The notes under the pieces are model-generated. The model had not been told where the DNA came from and searched no databases. It was given only the letters and a program-made list of their open reading frames with translations. Positions 1-8,937 of a stretch of DNA of 64,000 nucleotides are shown one piece after another. The stretch lies in assembly GCA_963842945.1 (NCBI GenBank), contig CAWJIM010000019.1, forward strand, positions 512,001-576,000, read 5' to 3'. The stretch's first letter is position 1. The number at the start of each line of letters is the position of its first letter. The position numbers and the translations under genes are program-made. Origin of the DNA: an uncultured Gemmatimonadales bacterium. GTDB taxonomy: Bacteria; Gemmatimonadota; Gemmatimonadetes; Gemmatimonadales; GWC2-71-9.

Positions 1-539
1 TGTCGCCTTCCGATCAGCGGAAGCATATCGCGCATTCGGGGGCAAGCGCGGCCATCGGGTTGTTCACCGGACTGGCGGCCGACACCACCGCCCTCCACGA
101 GCTGACCGTTCTCTCCGGCGAGCCGGCCGCCAAGGAGGTTCGGGCACTCCTGGCGGTGAGCCGGGGAGACTCCGCCGTTGCCCGAAGAACGTTGGCCGAG
201 CCGGACTCCACCACGTACGGCAAGCACATGTACCGGGTTCTCACCGAGCCACTGGCGGCTCAGGCGTATTATCTGCTCGGAGATTATGAGACAACACTTC
301 GGGTGCTGGAGGGGTACCAGCCCTCCTCACTTCAGACCGGCGAATTCGATTCCGGCTGGGGGATGCTGGGCCGGGTGAGGCTTCTCCGGGGGGCAGCCTA
401 CGAGCGACTGGGCCGCAGAGCCGAGGCTCGGGAGCAATACCGCCAGGTCCTGACGCAGTGGAAGCGAGCCGATCCGGCACTGCTCCCGTTTCTGCAGCAG
501 GCCGAGCGCGGCCTGGCGCGGGTGGGACATGCGGGGTGA
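1..539 (+). CDS. C-terminal part of a TPR-repeat protein, probably the tail of a Ser/Thr kinase-TPR protein (5' partial)
   Basis: TPR-like helices; the C-terminus LGRRAEAREQYRQVLTQWKRADPALLPFLQQAERGLAR resembles the end of the kinase at 44714-45064. Confidence 0.65.
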   Translation, partial: SPSDQRKHIAHSGASAAIGLFTGLAADTTALHELTVLSGEPAAKEVRALLAVSRGDSAVARRTLAEPDSTTYGKHMYRVLTEPLAAQAYYLLGDYETTLRVLEGYQPSSLQTGEFDSGWGMLGRVRLLRGAAYERLGRRAEAREQYRQVLTQWKRADPALLPFLQQAERGLARVGHAG

Positions 540-659
540 GTGGGAAGCTGGGAAGCGGGGAGGGGAGGTCCTGAGGTAACTGTTTGGATTTCAGGTGCTT
601 ACCGGAGAGGCGTTTAGCCCCAGTACCTCCGCGCCTCCCCGCTTCCCTCCCTCCCCGCT
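539..659. repeat. Inverted pair of degenerate 8-bp tandem arrays (G-rich left arm, C-rich right arm)
   Basis: agtgggaagctgggaagcggggaggggaggt (539-569) is largely complementary to acctccgcgcctccccgcttccctccctccccgct (625-659). Confidence 0.65.
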
Positions 660-668
660 ATATTCAGT

Positions 669-1062
669 CCACTGGTCGGACAGGATGGTCGCGGGTGCCG
701 CGAGGTACCCCGAGGAAAGTCCGAGCTCCACAGGGTAGGCTGCCAGGTAACGCCTGGGCGCCGTAAGGCGACGGACAGGGCCACAGAAAACAAACCGCCC
801 GGATTGAGGGTTCGCCCGATACCCGGGTAAGGGTGAAACGGTGGGGTAAGAGCCCACCGCACCACTGGTAACAGTGGTGGCAGGGTAACCCCCAGCCGGA
901 GCAAGGCCAAATAGGCGGCGAGGTGCGACCCGCACCATTAAGCCGCGGGTAGGCTGCTAGAGGTGGCCGGCGACGGCCATCCCAGATAGATGACCATCTC
1001 TCCTGCCCCAATGCATGCAGGGAACGGGAGACACAGAACTCGGCTTATGTTCCGACCAGCGG
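669..1062 (+). ncRNA. rnpB: RNase P RNA, type A
   Basis: Conserved GAGGAAAGTCCGAGCTCC, GGGTGAAACGGTGGGGTAAGAGCCCACCG and ACAGAACTCGGCTTAT motifs; ends pair as P1 (ctggtcgga/tccgaccag). Confidence 0.97.
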
Positions 1063-1097
1063 CAGCCCTCCGGAAAGTCCGGGGGGCTGTTGGTTTT
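1062..1097 (+). terminator. Intrinsic terminator after rnpB
   Basis: Hairpin gcagccctccgga-aag-tccggggggctgt followed by tggtttt. Confidence 0.75.
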
Positions 1098-1137
1098 GGG
1101 GCTCCCTGCTGGTTAGTTTTTCTGGCCCACCACCTCA

Positions 1138-1932
1138 ATGGGGATGCGGATGGCGCTACACAACGCCGGTTACTTCACCCTTGCTGCCGGTCTGCTGCTC
1201 CCTGCCCTGGGACTCGCACCTTCTACCACGAAATACCGGATCGACCAGACGCTCACTCAGGAGATGGACGCAACGCCTGCCGGTGGAGCGAAGCAGCGGC
1301 TCGCCTTCAGCACGACCAGCTTCGTGACCGTATCTCTGGCAGACAGCGCCGGAGGTAAGTCCATCCGGGTCGTGGTGGATTCGGTGAAGGGCGACAGCGC
1401 CACCCCGATTCCGGCACCGGTGCTCGACAGCGCGCGGGGCGCGGAGTTTCGCGGATTCGTCGAAAAGTCAGGGAAACCCAGCGGACTCACCCCGACAGCG
1501 AATGCCAGTGCCGCCGTTCAGATTCAGGGACTGCTGAGCGATTTTTTCCCCTGGGCCAGGGCAGGTCTGAAGGTCGGCGATAGCTGGAGCGACACCACGG
1601 CCAAGACCAGCGGAACCGGAAGCGACAGCGTCACGGTACGCCGAGTGAGCGCCTACAAGGCGGCGGCGAGTGAGACGAAGGAGTCTCGCAAGGCAGTGCG
1701 GGTGGTGCAGGATTTTACTTCTTCTGTCCAGGGCACTCAGCCCACTCCGAACGGGCCGGCCAAGATTGAAGGCACCAGCCGGGGTAACGGCTCCTACTAT
1801 GTGGCAGCCGACGGCCGGTACCTGGGCGGCGCATGGCAGCAGCAGTCTGCCCTGAAGATTTCGGGATCGTTCGCGCCCCAGCCTCTTCCGATTACGATCA
1901 TTCAAAAGACCAGCGTCAGTACCCTCAAGTGA
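1138..1932 (+). CDS. Secreted beta-rich hypothetical protein
   Basis: 264-aa ORF with a signal-peptide-like N-terminus; start could be 1144 or 1150. Confidence 0.75.
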   Translation: MGMRMALHNAGYFTLAAGLLLPALGLAPSTTKYRIDQTLTQEMDATPAGGAKQRLAFSTTSFVTVSLADSAGGKSIRVVVDSVKGDSATPIPAPVLDSARGAEFRGFVEKSGKPSGLTPTANASAAVQIQGLLSDFFPWARAGLKVGDSWSDTTAKTSGTGSDSVTVRRVSAYKAAASETKESRKAVRVVQDFTSSVQGTQPTPNGPAKIEGTSRGNGSYYVAADGRYLGGAWQQQSALKISGSFAPQPLPITIIQKTSVSTLK

Positions 1933-1940
1933 ATCGGCGT

Positions 1941-2831
1941 ATGAATGTGCCACTGAGCTGGGCCGTTCCGGTGTGTCTGGTGCTTGCGGCCTGCAGCTCG
2001 GGACGGACAGGTCCCGAGCAACCCGGTACTCCCACACCCGAGCCCGGGAAACCCAATGGCGGCACACCCGCCCCGAACGGCGCTTCCGGCATCATCTACC
2101 TCCCGGTTCGCGACGCGAGCTATGCGCTCGTTCGCCATGACAGCCTGACGCTGCAGCTGCCAGGCGGAGCCAATCAGCTCCAGCTGATCGATCGGACAGC
2201 CTACCTGCGCGTGACCCTTGCCCCGGACACGAACGGGTATCTGGCCACCATTGTGCTCGATTCGATGCAGGCGGCGGTGGGCGGAGTGCCGGCATCACCC
2301 GATTCGGTGCTTCCGGCGCGGGGCACCCGATGGACCGCGTCGCTCAAGCCGGACGGCGAGTTGTCAGCCTTGAAAAGCGATCGAACCACGACGCTGGGCG
2401 ATCAGATCGGGAGCAACCTCCGGACGCTCTTCCCGGCGTTGCCGACGAGTGGGGTGCGGACCGGCATGGAGTGGACCGACACGACCGAGGTGCCAATCAG
2501 GGCCGATGCTTTTGACGCCGTGGAGCGCTCCCTGACGAAGTATCGGGCCATGGACAGCGACGATCCGCGGGCGAAAAACGCCGTCAAGCTCGAGGGCAGC
2601 GGAAGTTTCCGGCGGTCGGGAAAGGGAACTCAATACAATCAGCAGCTCGAGATGACCGCATCCGGCACTCGATCAGCCGTATACTACCTGAACCCTGACG
2701 GAACCCTTGCCTCTGCCCGAGGGAGCGATGCCGGCGACATGACGATCACCGTACCGGCCGTGGGCCAAACGGTACCGGTGAAGCAAGCCGGGAGTTACAC
2801 GATTACTTCCCTTCACCCGGTCAAGCGCTAG
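1941..2831 (+). CDS. Hypothetical lipoprotein, probable paralog of the upstream gene
   Basis: Lipobox LAAC; shares VxDS and W(S/T)DTT motifs with 1138-1932. Confidence 0.75.
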   Translation: MNVPLSWAVPVCLVLAACSSGRTGPEQPGTPTPEPGKPNGGTPAPNGASGIIYLPVRDASYALVRHDSLTLQLPGGANQLQLIDRTAYLRVTLAPDTNGYLATIVLDSMQAAVGGVPASPDSVLPARGTRWTASLKPDGELSALKSDRTTTLGDQIGSNLRTLFPALPTSGVRTGMEWTDTTEVPIRADAFDAVERSLTKYRAMDSDDPRAKNAVKLEGSGSFRRSGKGTQYNQQLEMTASGTRSAVYYLNPDGTLASARGSDAGDMTITVPAVGQTVPVKQAGSYTITSLHPVKR

Positions 2832-2838
2832 CTACTTC

Positions 2839-3336
2839 TCAGAAGACCGAGTTGGGATCCCGTCCCAGCTCCTGGACAGTCCGAACCGACCGAGTCTCCG
2901 CAGCCGGATCTTCAATGGGCTCGGCGCGCTGGCGCAGGCGCTCGATTCGATCCACGGTTCCAACCTTGATGCGGTTGATGGTGCCGCCGAGCTTGCGCCG
3001 GGTGGCGGTGCCGCTCTCGGGCGTGAGCAATGCCGTGATGCCGGCACCGACGAGCAATCCGGCCAGGGCGAACACCTGCTTCTCTCTGCGGGACTGATCT
3101 CGTCTGCGGCGGATCTCGCGCTGCAGTTGTGCGATGCCTCCTGCCGCCTCGCCGCCAAAGCTCCTGAGGCCCTGGGCAACGCGCCGCCGGGTTCGAGCGC
3201 CTTCATCCGGGGCCAGCAGAACTGCGGCGCCGGCGCCGCACGCCGCGGCGATCACCGCCAGCGCCACGAAGCCGCCCCGCCCGCCCTCGGCGGCACCATT
3301 CAGGGGCTGCAGGTTGTTGCCTGAATTGTCTGACAT
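2839..3336 (-). CDS. YtxH-domain membrane protein (two YtxH-like repeats)
   Basis: GAGAAVLLAPDEGARTRRR and GAGITALLTPESGTATRRK motifs. Confidence 0.75.
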   Translation of the reverse strand: MSDNSGNNLQPLNGAAEGGRGGFVALAVIAAACGAGAAVLLAPDEGARTRRRVAQGLRSFGGEAAGGIAQLQREIRRRRDQSRREKQVFALAGLLVGAGITALLTPESGTATRRKLGGTINRIKVGTVDRIERLRQRAEPIEDPAAETRSVRTVQELGRDPNSVF

Positions 3337-3345
3337 GTTCGTCTC

Positions 3346-4461
3346 CTAGTCGACCAATCGGAGGGGCATCACCAAAGCCAGATAGCTGGCCGGGTCGTCC
3401 CAGCCCACGGGCTCACAGGTCGCGGCGCGCTCCGGGGCTTTGAAAGTCATCCGGACTTCATCGGTTGGAATGTACTTGAGTATCTCGAGGAGGTACGCCG
3501 CATTGAACCCGATCTCCAGCGGATCGCCCTCGTAGCTGACGTTGAGTTCCTCCTGAGCCTCGCCCAGGTCGGGAGTCTGGACCGACAACTTGCACGATCC
3601 ATTGGCGAACCCCATCCGGATTCGATGGGTCTGGTCGCTGGCGACAATGCTCATCCGCCGAAGCGCTGAGGTAAGGGCCGACTTGTCAGCCGTCGCCACC
3701 TTGTCGTTTTCCCGGGGGATGACCTGCTCGTAATTGGGGTAGGGCCCCTCGATCAGCCGGGTGAAGATCTGCGTCGAGCTCGAGCGGAAGCCGAGGTGGT
3801 TCTCACTCCGGGCGATCTCGATGATCTCCTCGGTGCCGAACAGCCGGCGAATCTGCTCCAGCGCCTTGGGAGGAACGATCAGGTCAGCCTGGGAGGCGCC
3901 CTGCCGCTCCGGCGTGGGGACATCCATCCGGGCCAGTCGGTGCCCGTTGGTAGCAACCATGCGCATCCGCTCGGGGCGAAGCTCCCAGAGCACGCCATTA
4001 AGGATCGGCCGGCTCTCTTCGGTGCTCGCGGCAAAGGCGACGTGGGTGATCAGCTTCTGCAGCTCGCTGGAGGAGATTCTCCATCCCCCATCGAACTTGA
4101 CGCTGGGAAATGCCGGGAATTCTTCCCGGGGGAGCCCGAGCAGGCGAAACCGGCTGCGGCCACACTCGATGGTCACCCGCTGCTCGCCGGACGCGGTGAG
4201 CCGAATGGGGGCGCTGGGAAACTCCCGGACAATCTCCACCAGCTTGCGGGCGGGAAGGGTGATCGCTCCGTCCTGATCGATGGAGGCGGGCACCGTGGTG
4301 CTGACCGAAATGTCGAGGTCTGTTCCCGAGAGACGAATGCCGTCTTTGTTGGCCTCGAGCAGAATATTCGACAGGATCGGCAGAGTCGTCTTGGCAGGAA
4401 CGCTGGCAGCTACCGCCACGAGTCCTTCCTGCAGCTGCTCCCGCGTGATCGTGAGCTTCAT
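3346..4461 (-). CDS. dnaN: DNA polymerase III beta sliding clamp
   Basis: TTLPILSNILL, GTDLDI, VATNGHRLA, RLIEGPYPNY and C-terminal VMPLRL motifs; lies next to dnaA. Confidence 0.98.
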   Translation of the reverse strand: MKLTITREQLQEGLVAVAASVPAKTTLPILSNILLEANKDGIRLSGTDLDISVSTTVPASIDQDGAITLPARKLVEIVREFPSAPIRLTASGEQRVTIECGRSRFRLLGLPREEFPAFPSVKFDGGWRISSSELQKLITHVAFAASTEESRPILNGVLWELRPERMRMVATNGHRLARMDVPTPERQGASQADLIVPPKALEQIRRLFGTEEIIEIARSENHLGFRSSSTQIFTRLIEGPYPNYEQVIPRENDKVATADKSALTSALRRMSIVASDQTHRIRMGFANGSCKLSVQTPDLGEAQEELNVSYEGDPLEIGFNAAYLLEILKYIPTDEVRMTFKAPERAATCEPVGWDDPASYLALVMPLRLVD

Positions 4462-4483
4462 GCCTCTCCTCGGAACGCTATGA

Positions 4484-4680
4484 ACAGATACTACTCTTCT
4501 ATTTAAGAAACTTAGTAGCCGTAGTAGAGACTCTGGAAATGTGGAGCGCTGATTTAATCAACCCGGCCACTCGCACTTAGACACCTCAAACGATGTCGAC
4601 AGCATGTGTGCCATGGGGACTGTCGCTCGACCTTTCCGCTCCTGTCCACGCCTTTCCAGACTCCCCACACTTTGCCCGGA
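4484..4680. promoter_or_regulatory. oriC unwinding region: AT-rich DUE, DnaA-trios and degenerate DnaA boxes
   Basis: Between dnaA and dnaN; minus strand reads boxes cgctccaca/atttccaga (4532-4548), trios CTACTACGGCTACTA (4513-4527), then an AT-rich tract; further boxes ctgtccacg, ctttccaga, ctccccaca at 4642-4669. Confidence 0.8.
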
Positions 4681-4689
4681 AGACGGGGA

Positions 4690-6072
4690 TTATTCTGCGG
4701 ACAACTCTTGGCGCGCGTGCTCCACCCGCTCGCGAAAGCCGCGGTCGCGCGACATCTGCCGGCTCACTTTATCGACGCTGTGAATCACCGTCGAGTGGTC
4801 TCGTCCGCCAAAGGCTTGGCCGATCTCAACCAGCTGCATCTCCAGCAGCTCCCGGGCGAGATACATCGCGATCTGGCGAGGCACCGTCAGCGTTTTGATG
4901 CGAGCCTTGGAACGCAGGCCCTCGGGCGTGACCCCCCAGCGACGGGCCACCACCTCCTGGACCTTATTAATGGACGGCATGGCCCGGGGTGGCGCCAGGC
5001 CATCTTCGCCCGGGCGGATCTTGTCCGAGAGCGCCTCCCGAGCGAGCTCGATGGAGACCTCTTTGTGTTTCAAGGAGGCGAACAGCAATAGCTTGATGAT
5101 ACAGCCCTCGAGCTCCCGGACGTTCGACCGCACGTGCTCGGCGATGAATCGAAGCACGTCGTCGGGGATGGTCAGCTCCAGATGGTCCTGCTCCTGCTTC
5201 TTTCGCAGGATGGCGATCCGATGCTCCAGGTCCGGTTGGCCGATATCGGCCACCATGCCCCACTCGAACCGGCTTACCAGCCGGGCCTCCAGCCCGGGGA
5301 GCTCCTTGGGCGGCCGGTCGGAGGTCAGGACGATCTGCTTGTTGCCCTCGTAAAGCGCATTGAACGTGTGAAAGAACTCCTCCTGAGTCATTTCCTTGCC
5401 TTCGAGGAAATGCACGTCATCCACCAGGAAGAGGTCCACATCGGTCCGGTACCGCCGGCGAAACTCGGGCATGGTCCGGCTGTGGATGCTCTCGATCACC
5501 TCATTGATGAACTGCTCGGCCCCGACGTAGAGCACCCGCGTTTCAGGGTGGCGCTCGACGACGGTGTGGGCGATGGCCTGCATCAGGTGGGTCTTGCCCA
5601 AACCGGTGGCGCCATAAATGAAGAGCGGGTTGTACGTCTTGCCCGGCGATTCGGCGGCCGCGTGCGCGGCGGCGGCGGCCAGCTCGTTCGACTTGCCGAT
5701 GACGAAAGTGTCGAAGGTGTACCGCTCGTTGAGCGGCTGCGTGCTGGGATTGACCTGGGGGTTTGCGGCGGCCGGAGAGGAGGGCGCAACGAAGAAATCC
5801 ATCTGTGGCCGCTTTTGCCGGTCCTCATTCACCCGAAAGACCACCGAGGTCGGCTGGCCCAGGAGTGGCTCAGCCAGACGGGAGAGAATGGGAGCGTGCT
5901 TGGTCTCGTTCCACTCCACGGCAAACTGGTCCGGCGCGCCGATGATCAGCCGCCCCTCGTCGAGGGCGATCGCCTCGGTGGGCTCGAGCCACGTGCGAAT
6001 CGTGTGGTCGGGAAGTTCGCGATGCGCTTCGTCGAGAATGCGCTTCCAAGCGTCTTTGGCGGACAGCTGCAT
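4690..6072 (-). CDS. dnaA: Chromosomal replication initiator DnaA
   Basis: YTFDTFVIGKSN, YNPLFIYGATGLGKTHL and GGRDHSTVIH motifs; start MQLSAKDAW at 6072. Confidence 0.98.
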   Translation of the reverse strand: MQLSAKDAWKRILDEAHRELPDHTIRTWLEPTEAIALDEGRLIIGAPDQFAVEWNETKHAPILSRLAEPLLGQPTSVVFRVNEDRQKRPQMDFFVAPSSPAAANPQVNPSTQPLNERYTFDTFVIGKSNELAAAAAHAAAESPGKTYNPLFIYGATGLGKTHLMQAIAHTVVERHPETRVLYVGAEQFINEVIESIHSRTMPEFRRRYRTDVDLFLVDDVHFLEGKEMTQEEFFHTFNALYEGNKQIVLTSDRPPKELPGLEARLVSRFEWGMVADIGQPDLEHRIAILRKKQEQDHLELTIPDDVLRFIAEHVRSNVRELEGCIIKLLLFASLKHKEVSIELAREALSDKIRPGEDGLAPPRAMPSINKVQEVVARRWGVTPEGLRSKARIKTLTVPRQIAMYLARELLEMQLVEIGQAFGGRDHSTVIHSVDKVSRQMSRDRGFRERVEHARQELSAE

Positions 6073-6210
6073 CGGTACTCGAAAACGGAAGGAATTTTTT
6101 CCAGGGCGAGAGATGTTACGGGAGCGGTATAAAAATGTCAATCGGGTCTTGACACGAGAAATCGACGAACATGGAGCGGGCGGACGGCAAGGGAGAAATC
6201 GCAAACATTT

Positions 6211-6247
6211 CTTTCCACCGTTCTCCACGTCTTCAACGTTGTCCACC
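6211..6247. promoter_or_regulatory. Tandem degenerate DnaA-box cluster upstream of dnaA
   Basis: ctttccacc, ttctccacg, tcttcaacg, ttgtccacc head-to-tail between dnaA and rpmH. Confidence 0.6.
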
Positions 6248-6400
6248 TCCGTTTTCTCCTCCGGTCTCCTGCCAGCTTCGTCCCTTCCTCTCGACGCAAC
6301 TCTTCCTCGCCGTCTCCTCCGGGCGCCCCCGCTCCCTTTTACTTGACCCCGTCGCACTCCTCCGGCTAAGTTCCACGGCTCATTTCGGAGGGAGACTCGG

Positions 6401-6562
6401 ATGAAGCCGTCGTATCGGCCGCGAAACAAGCGCCGCATCAACAAGCATGGATTTCGCGCCCGGATGGCCACCCGGTGGGGCCGCGCGGTACTGTCCCGCC
6501 GCCGCAAGAAGGGCCGCAAACGGCTTACTGTCTCGCTGCCATCGAAGCACGGGGGCTCCTGA
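6401..6562 (+). CDS. rpmH: 50S ribosomal protein L34
   Basis: Manual translation [51 protein letters not shown]; below the ORF-track cutoff. Confidence 0.97.
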   Translation: MKPSYRPRNKRRINKHGFRARMATRWGRAVLSRRRKKGRKRLTVSLPSKHGGS

Positions 6563-6576
6563 CGCCATCGGCGCGC

Positions 6577-6912
6577 ATGCCGCGGGCCCGCCGGCTCGCG
6601 CGCGCGTCCGATATCCGCCGCTGCCTCACCCACGGCCGACGTCGCCGCCTCGAGCACCTGGATATGATCTGGATCGACAATTCAACGGGCCAGCCACGGG
6701 TGGGACTCATCGTCCCGAAGTTCCAGTCCTCCGCGGTGGCCCGCAATCGTTTGCGGCGCCGGCTGCGGGAGATCTGGCGGCGGGACATCCAGGGCCAGCA
6801 TCGCTCGGGCGATCTGGTGATTCGCGCCCGGCGGGAGGCGTACCAGGCCGGCTTCGAGGCGCTGCGCTCGCAGCTGCTGGCGTGGCGTGACACCGTGCTC
6901 GCCTCCGGATGA
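6577..6912 (+). CDS. rnpA: RNase P protein component
   Basis: RVGLIVPK and AVARNRLRRRLRE (RNR motif); synteny after rpmH. Confidence 0.93.
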   Translation: MPRARRLARASDIRRCLTHGRRRRLEHLDMIWIDNSTGQPRVGLIVPKFQSSAVARNRLRRRLREIWRRDIQGQHRSGDLVIRARREAYQAGFEALRSQLLAWRDTVLASG

Positions 6913-6915
6913 CCG

Positions 6916-7146
6916 ATGGTGCAGTTACCGCTGATTCCCCGGCGGGCAGCGGCGGCCATGATTCGCGGCTACCAGCTATTTCTCTCTCCGCTGCTTCCCC
7001 CGAGCTGCCGGTTTACTCCTTCATGCTCGCAGTACGCGCTGGAGGCGGTCACCCGCCACGGTGCTCTCCGCGGGAGCTGGCTCGCCGCTCGGCGACTCGC
7101 CCGCTGCCACCCTTTTCATCCGGGTGGCTTCGATCCCGTTCCCTGA
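6916..7146 (+). CDS. yidD: Membrane protein insertion efficiency factor
   Basis: [14 protein letters not shown]...[14 protein letters not shown]. Confidence 0.95.
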   Translation: MVQLPLIPRRAAAAMIRGYQLFLSPLLPPSCRFTPSCSQYALEAVTRHGALRGSWLAARRLARCHPFHPGGFDPVP

Positions 7147-7162
7147 TCCGGTGACCTGACCC

Positions 7163-8922
7163 ATGGACCGCCGTACCATCTGGGCGATACTGCTGATGAT
7201 GGCCATCGCAGTAACGCCGGCTCTCTTCTTGAAGAAGCCAAATGCGTCCGCCGCGCGAGGCGGGGCGGCGGGGCAGCGGGGCGGCGGGGCAGATAGCACG
7301 CTGCGCTGATAGCTCGTTGCCAGGTCGCCAGCCTACTCCTGATCGGGTATCTCCGCCAAAGCAGGACAGCGTAGTGCAGGATCGAACTGCCCCGCTGCCT
7401 GGCGGCCCCGCTGCCCCACCGTCCGAGAACACCATCCACGTCACCTCTCCGCTCTACCGGTACGGCGTGAGCACTCGAGGTGCTCGCCTGGTTCAGGCGA
7501 CCCTGCCACGTTATCGCTCCATGGCGCCCAGCGACAGCGGGCGCCCTGCTCAAATCCTGCCCGGAGGACAGCCGCTTACTCGGCCTGACGCTGATCGTGG
7601 GGCGCGATACCATACCCCTGGATGATTGGGCCTTCACCGCGTCAGCCGAGAGCCTCACGGTCAGCGGGCCGACGCCGCTGCAACTCAAATCCTCTCGCAA
7701 CGGCGTCAATCTGGAGCTGACCTATCTGTTCCATCCAGACGACTACCGGATCGAGGTCAGCGGGCATGCCACCGGCGTTGGTCCCAATGGAGGGCTCCTG
7801 CTGATCGGCATGGGCCCCACGCTCTCGAGCACCGAAGCCGATTCCAACGAGAATCACCGGGCGCTGGCGCTGGTCACCAAGCATAATGACACCGAGCGGC
7901 TGGATTTTGGCGGGCTCAAGCCAGGAGAGCCAAAGACCGTCAGTGGCCCACTGGAATGGGCGGCGGTGAAGTCGAAGTATTTCGTGACTGGGGTACTGGC
8001 CTACGACAGCACGGGCGGCAGCATCAGCGGGGTCACGGCGACCGCGGCTCCGGCCACAGGCAAGCATTCTACCCGGGCTTCTGTGCGGCTCAGCCTTCCG
8101 CTTCCTCCCAGTGGTAACTTCGGCTACATCGTGTACGCCGGACCCATGGAGTACGATCGGCTGGGCCGGCTGGGCCATGGGTTTGACGACGTAAACCCGT
8201 ATGGCTGGCCGGGATTCCGCACGGTGATCCGGCCGCTCGCTGCCGGGGTGCGCTGGCTTCTGGTATGGATGCACGAGCACCTGCACCTGGCGTATGGCCT
8301 GGTGCTGATCTTCTTCGGCATTCTGGTGCGTCTGCTGCTCTGGCCACTGAACCAGAAGGCCATGCGGGCCAACATGCAGCTCCAGGCCGTTCAGCCCCTG
8401 ATGAAGGAGATCCAGGAGAAGCACAAGAACGATCCCCAGAAGGTTCAGCAGGAGATGTTCAAGCTGTACAAGGAATACGGGGTGAACCCTCTGGGGGGGT
8501 GCTGGCCGATGCTGCTGCCGATGCCAGTGCTGTTTGCCCTCTTCTTCGTGTTTCAGAACACGATCGAGCTCCGGGGGGCATCCTTTCTCTGGCTGCCGGA
8601 CCTCTCCCGGCCCGATCCCCTCTATATCATCCCCGTCGTGATGGGGCTTTCGATGTTCGGCCTGAGCAAGGTGGGCCAGGTCGGGATGGAGCCGAATCCG
8701 CAGATGAAGATGATGCTCTACGTCATGCCGGCAATGATGACGTTCCTCTTTCTTAACTTCGCCTCCGGATTGAACCTCTACTACGCGATCAGCAACATCG
8801 CGAGCATCCCTCAGCAATGGATGCTGGCGCGGGAACGACAGAAGCGGACGGCCAGGAGCATCGTCGAGGTGAAGACGCGGACCCAGGAGCCCAGTCCCAA
8901 GCGAGCCAAACGCAAGGCCTGA
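7163..8922 (+). CDS. yidC: Membrane protein insertase YidC (two apparent frameshifts near 7305 and 7560)
   Basis: N-terminal MDRRTIWAILLM TM; YAGPMEY, GVNPLGGCWPMLL, FLWLPDLSRPDP motifs spread over three frames. Confidence 0.93.
7259..7418. repeat. Inverted pair of octamer arrays inside yidC
   Basis: ggcggggc ggcggggc agcggggc ggcggggc ag (7259-7292) and ctgccccg ctgcctgg cggccccg ctgcccca (7387-7418). Confidence 0.8.
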
Positions 8923-8937
8923 CCGGGAGCTGCTGCC

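Noticed and set aside
584..1138. ORFs overlapping rnpB
   Set aside because: Spurious frames across a structured RNA
6073..6657. 195-aa N-terminal extension of DnaA in the ORF track
   Set aside because: It overlaps rpmH/rnpA on the other strand and the DnaA-box cluster; DnaA homology starts at 6072
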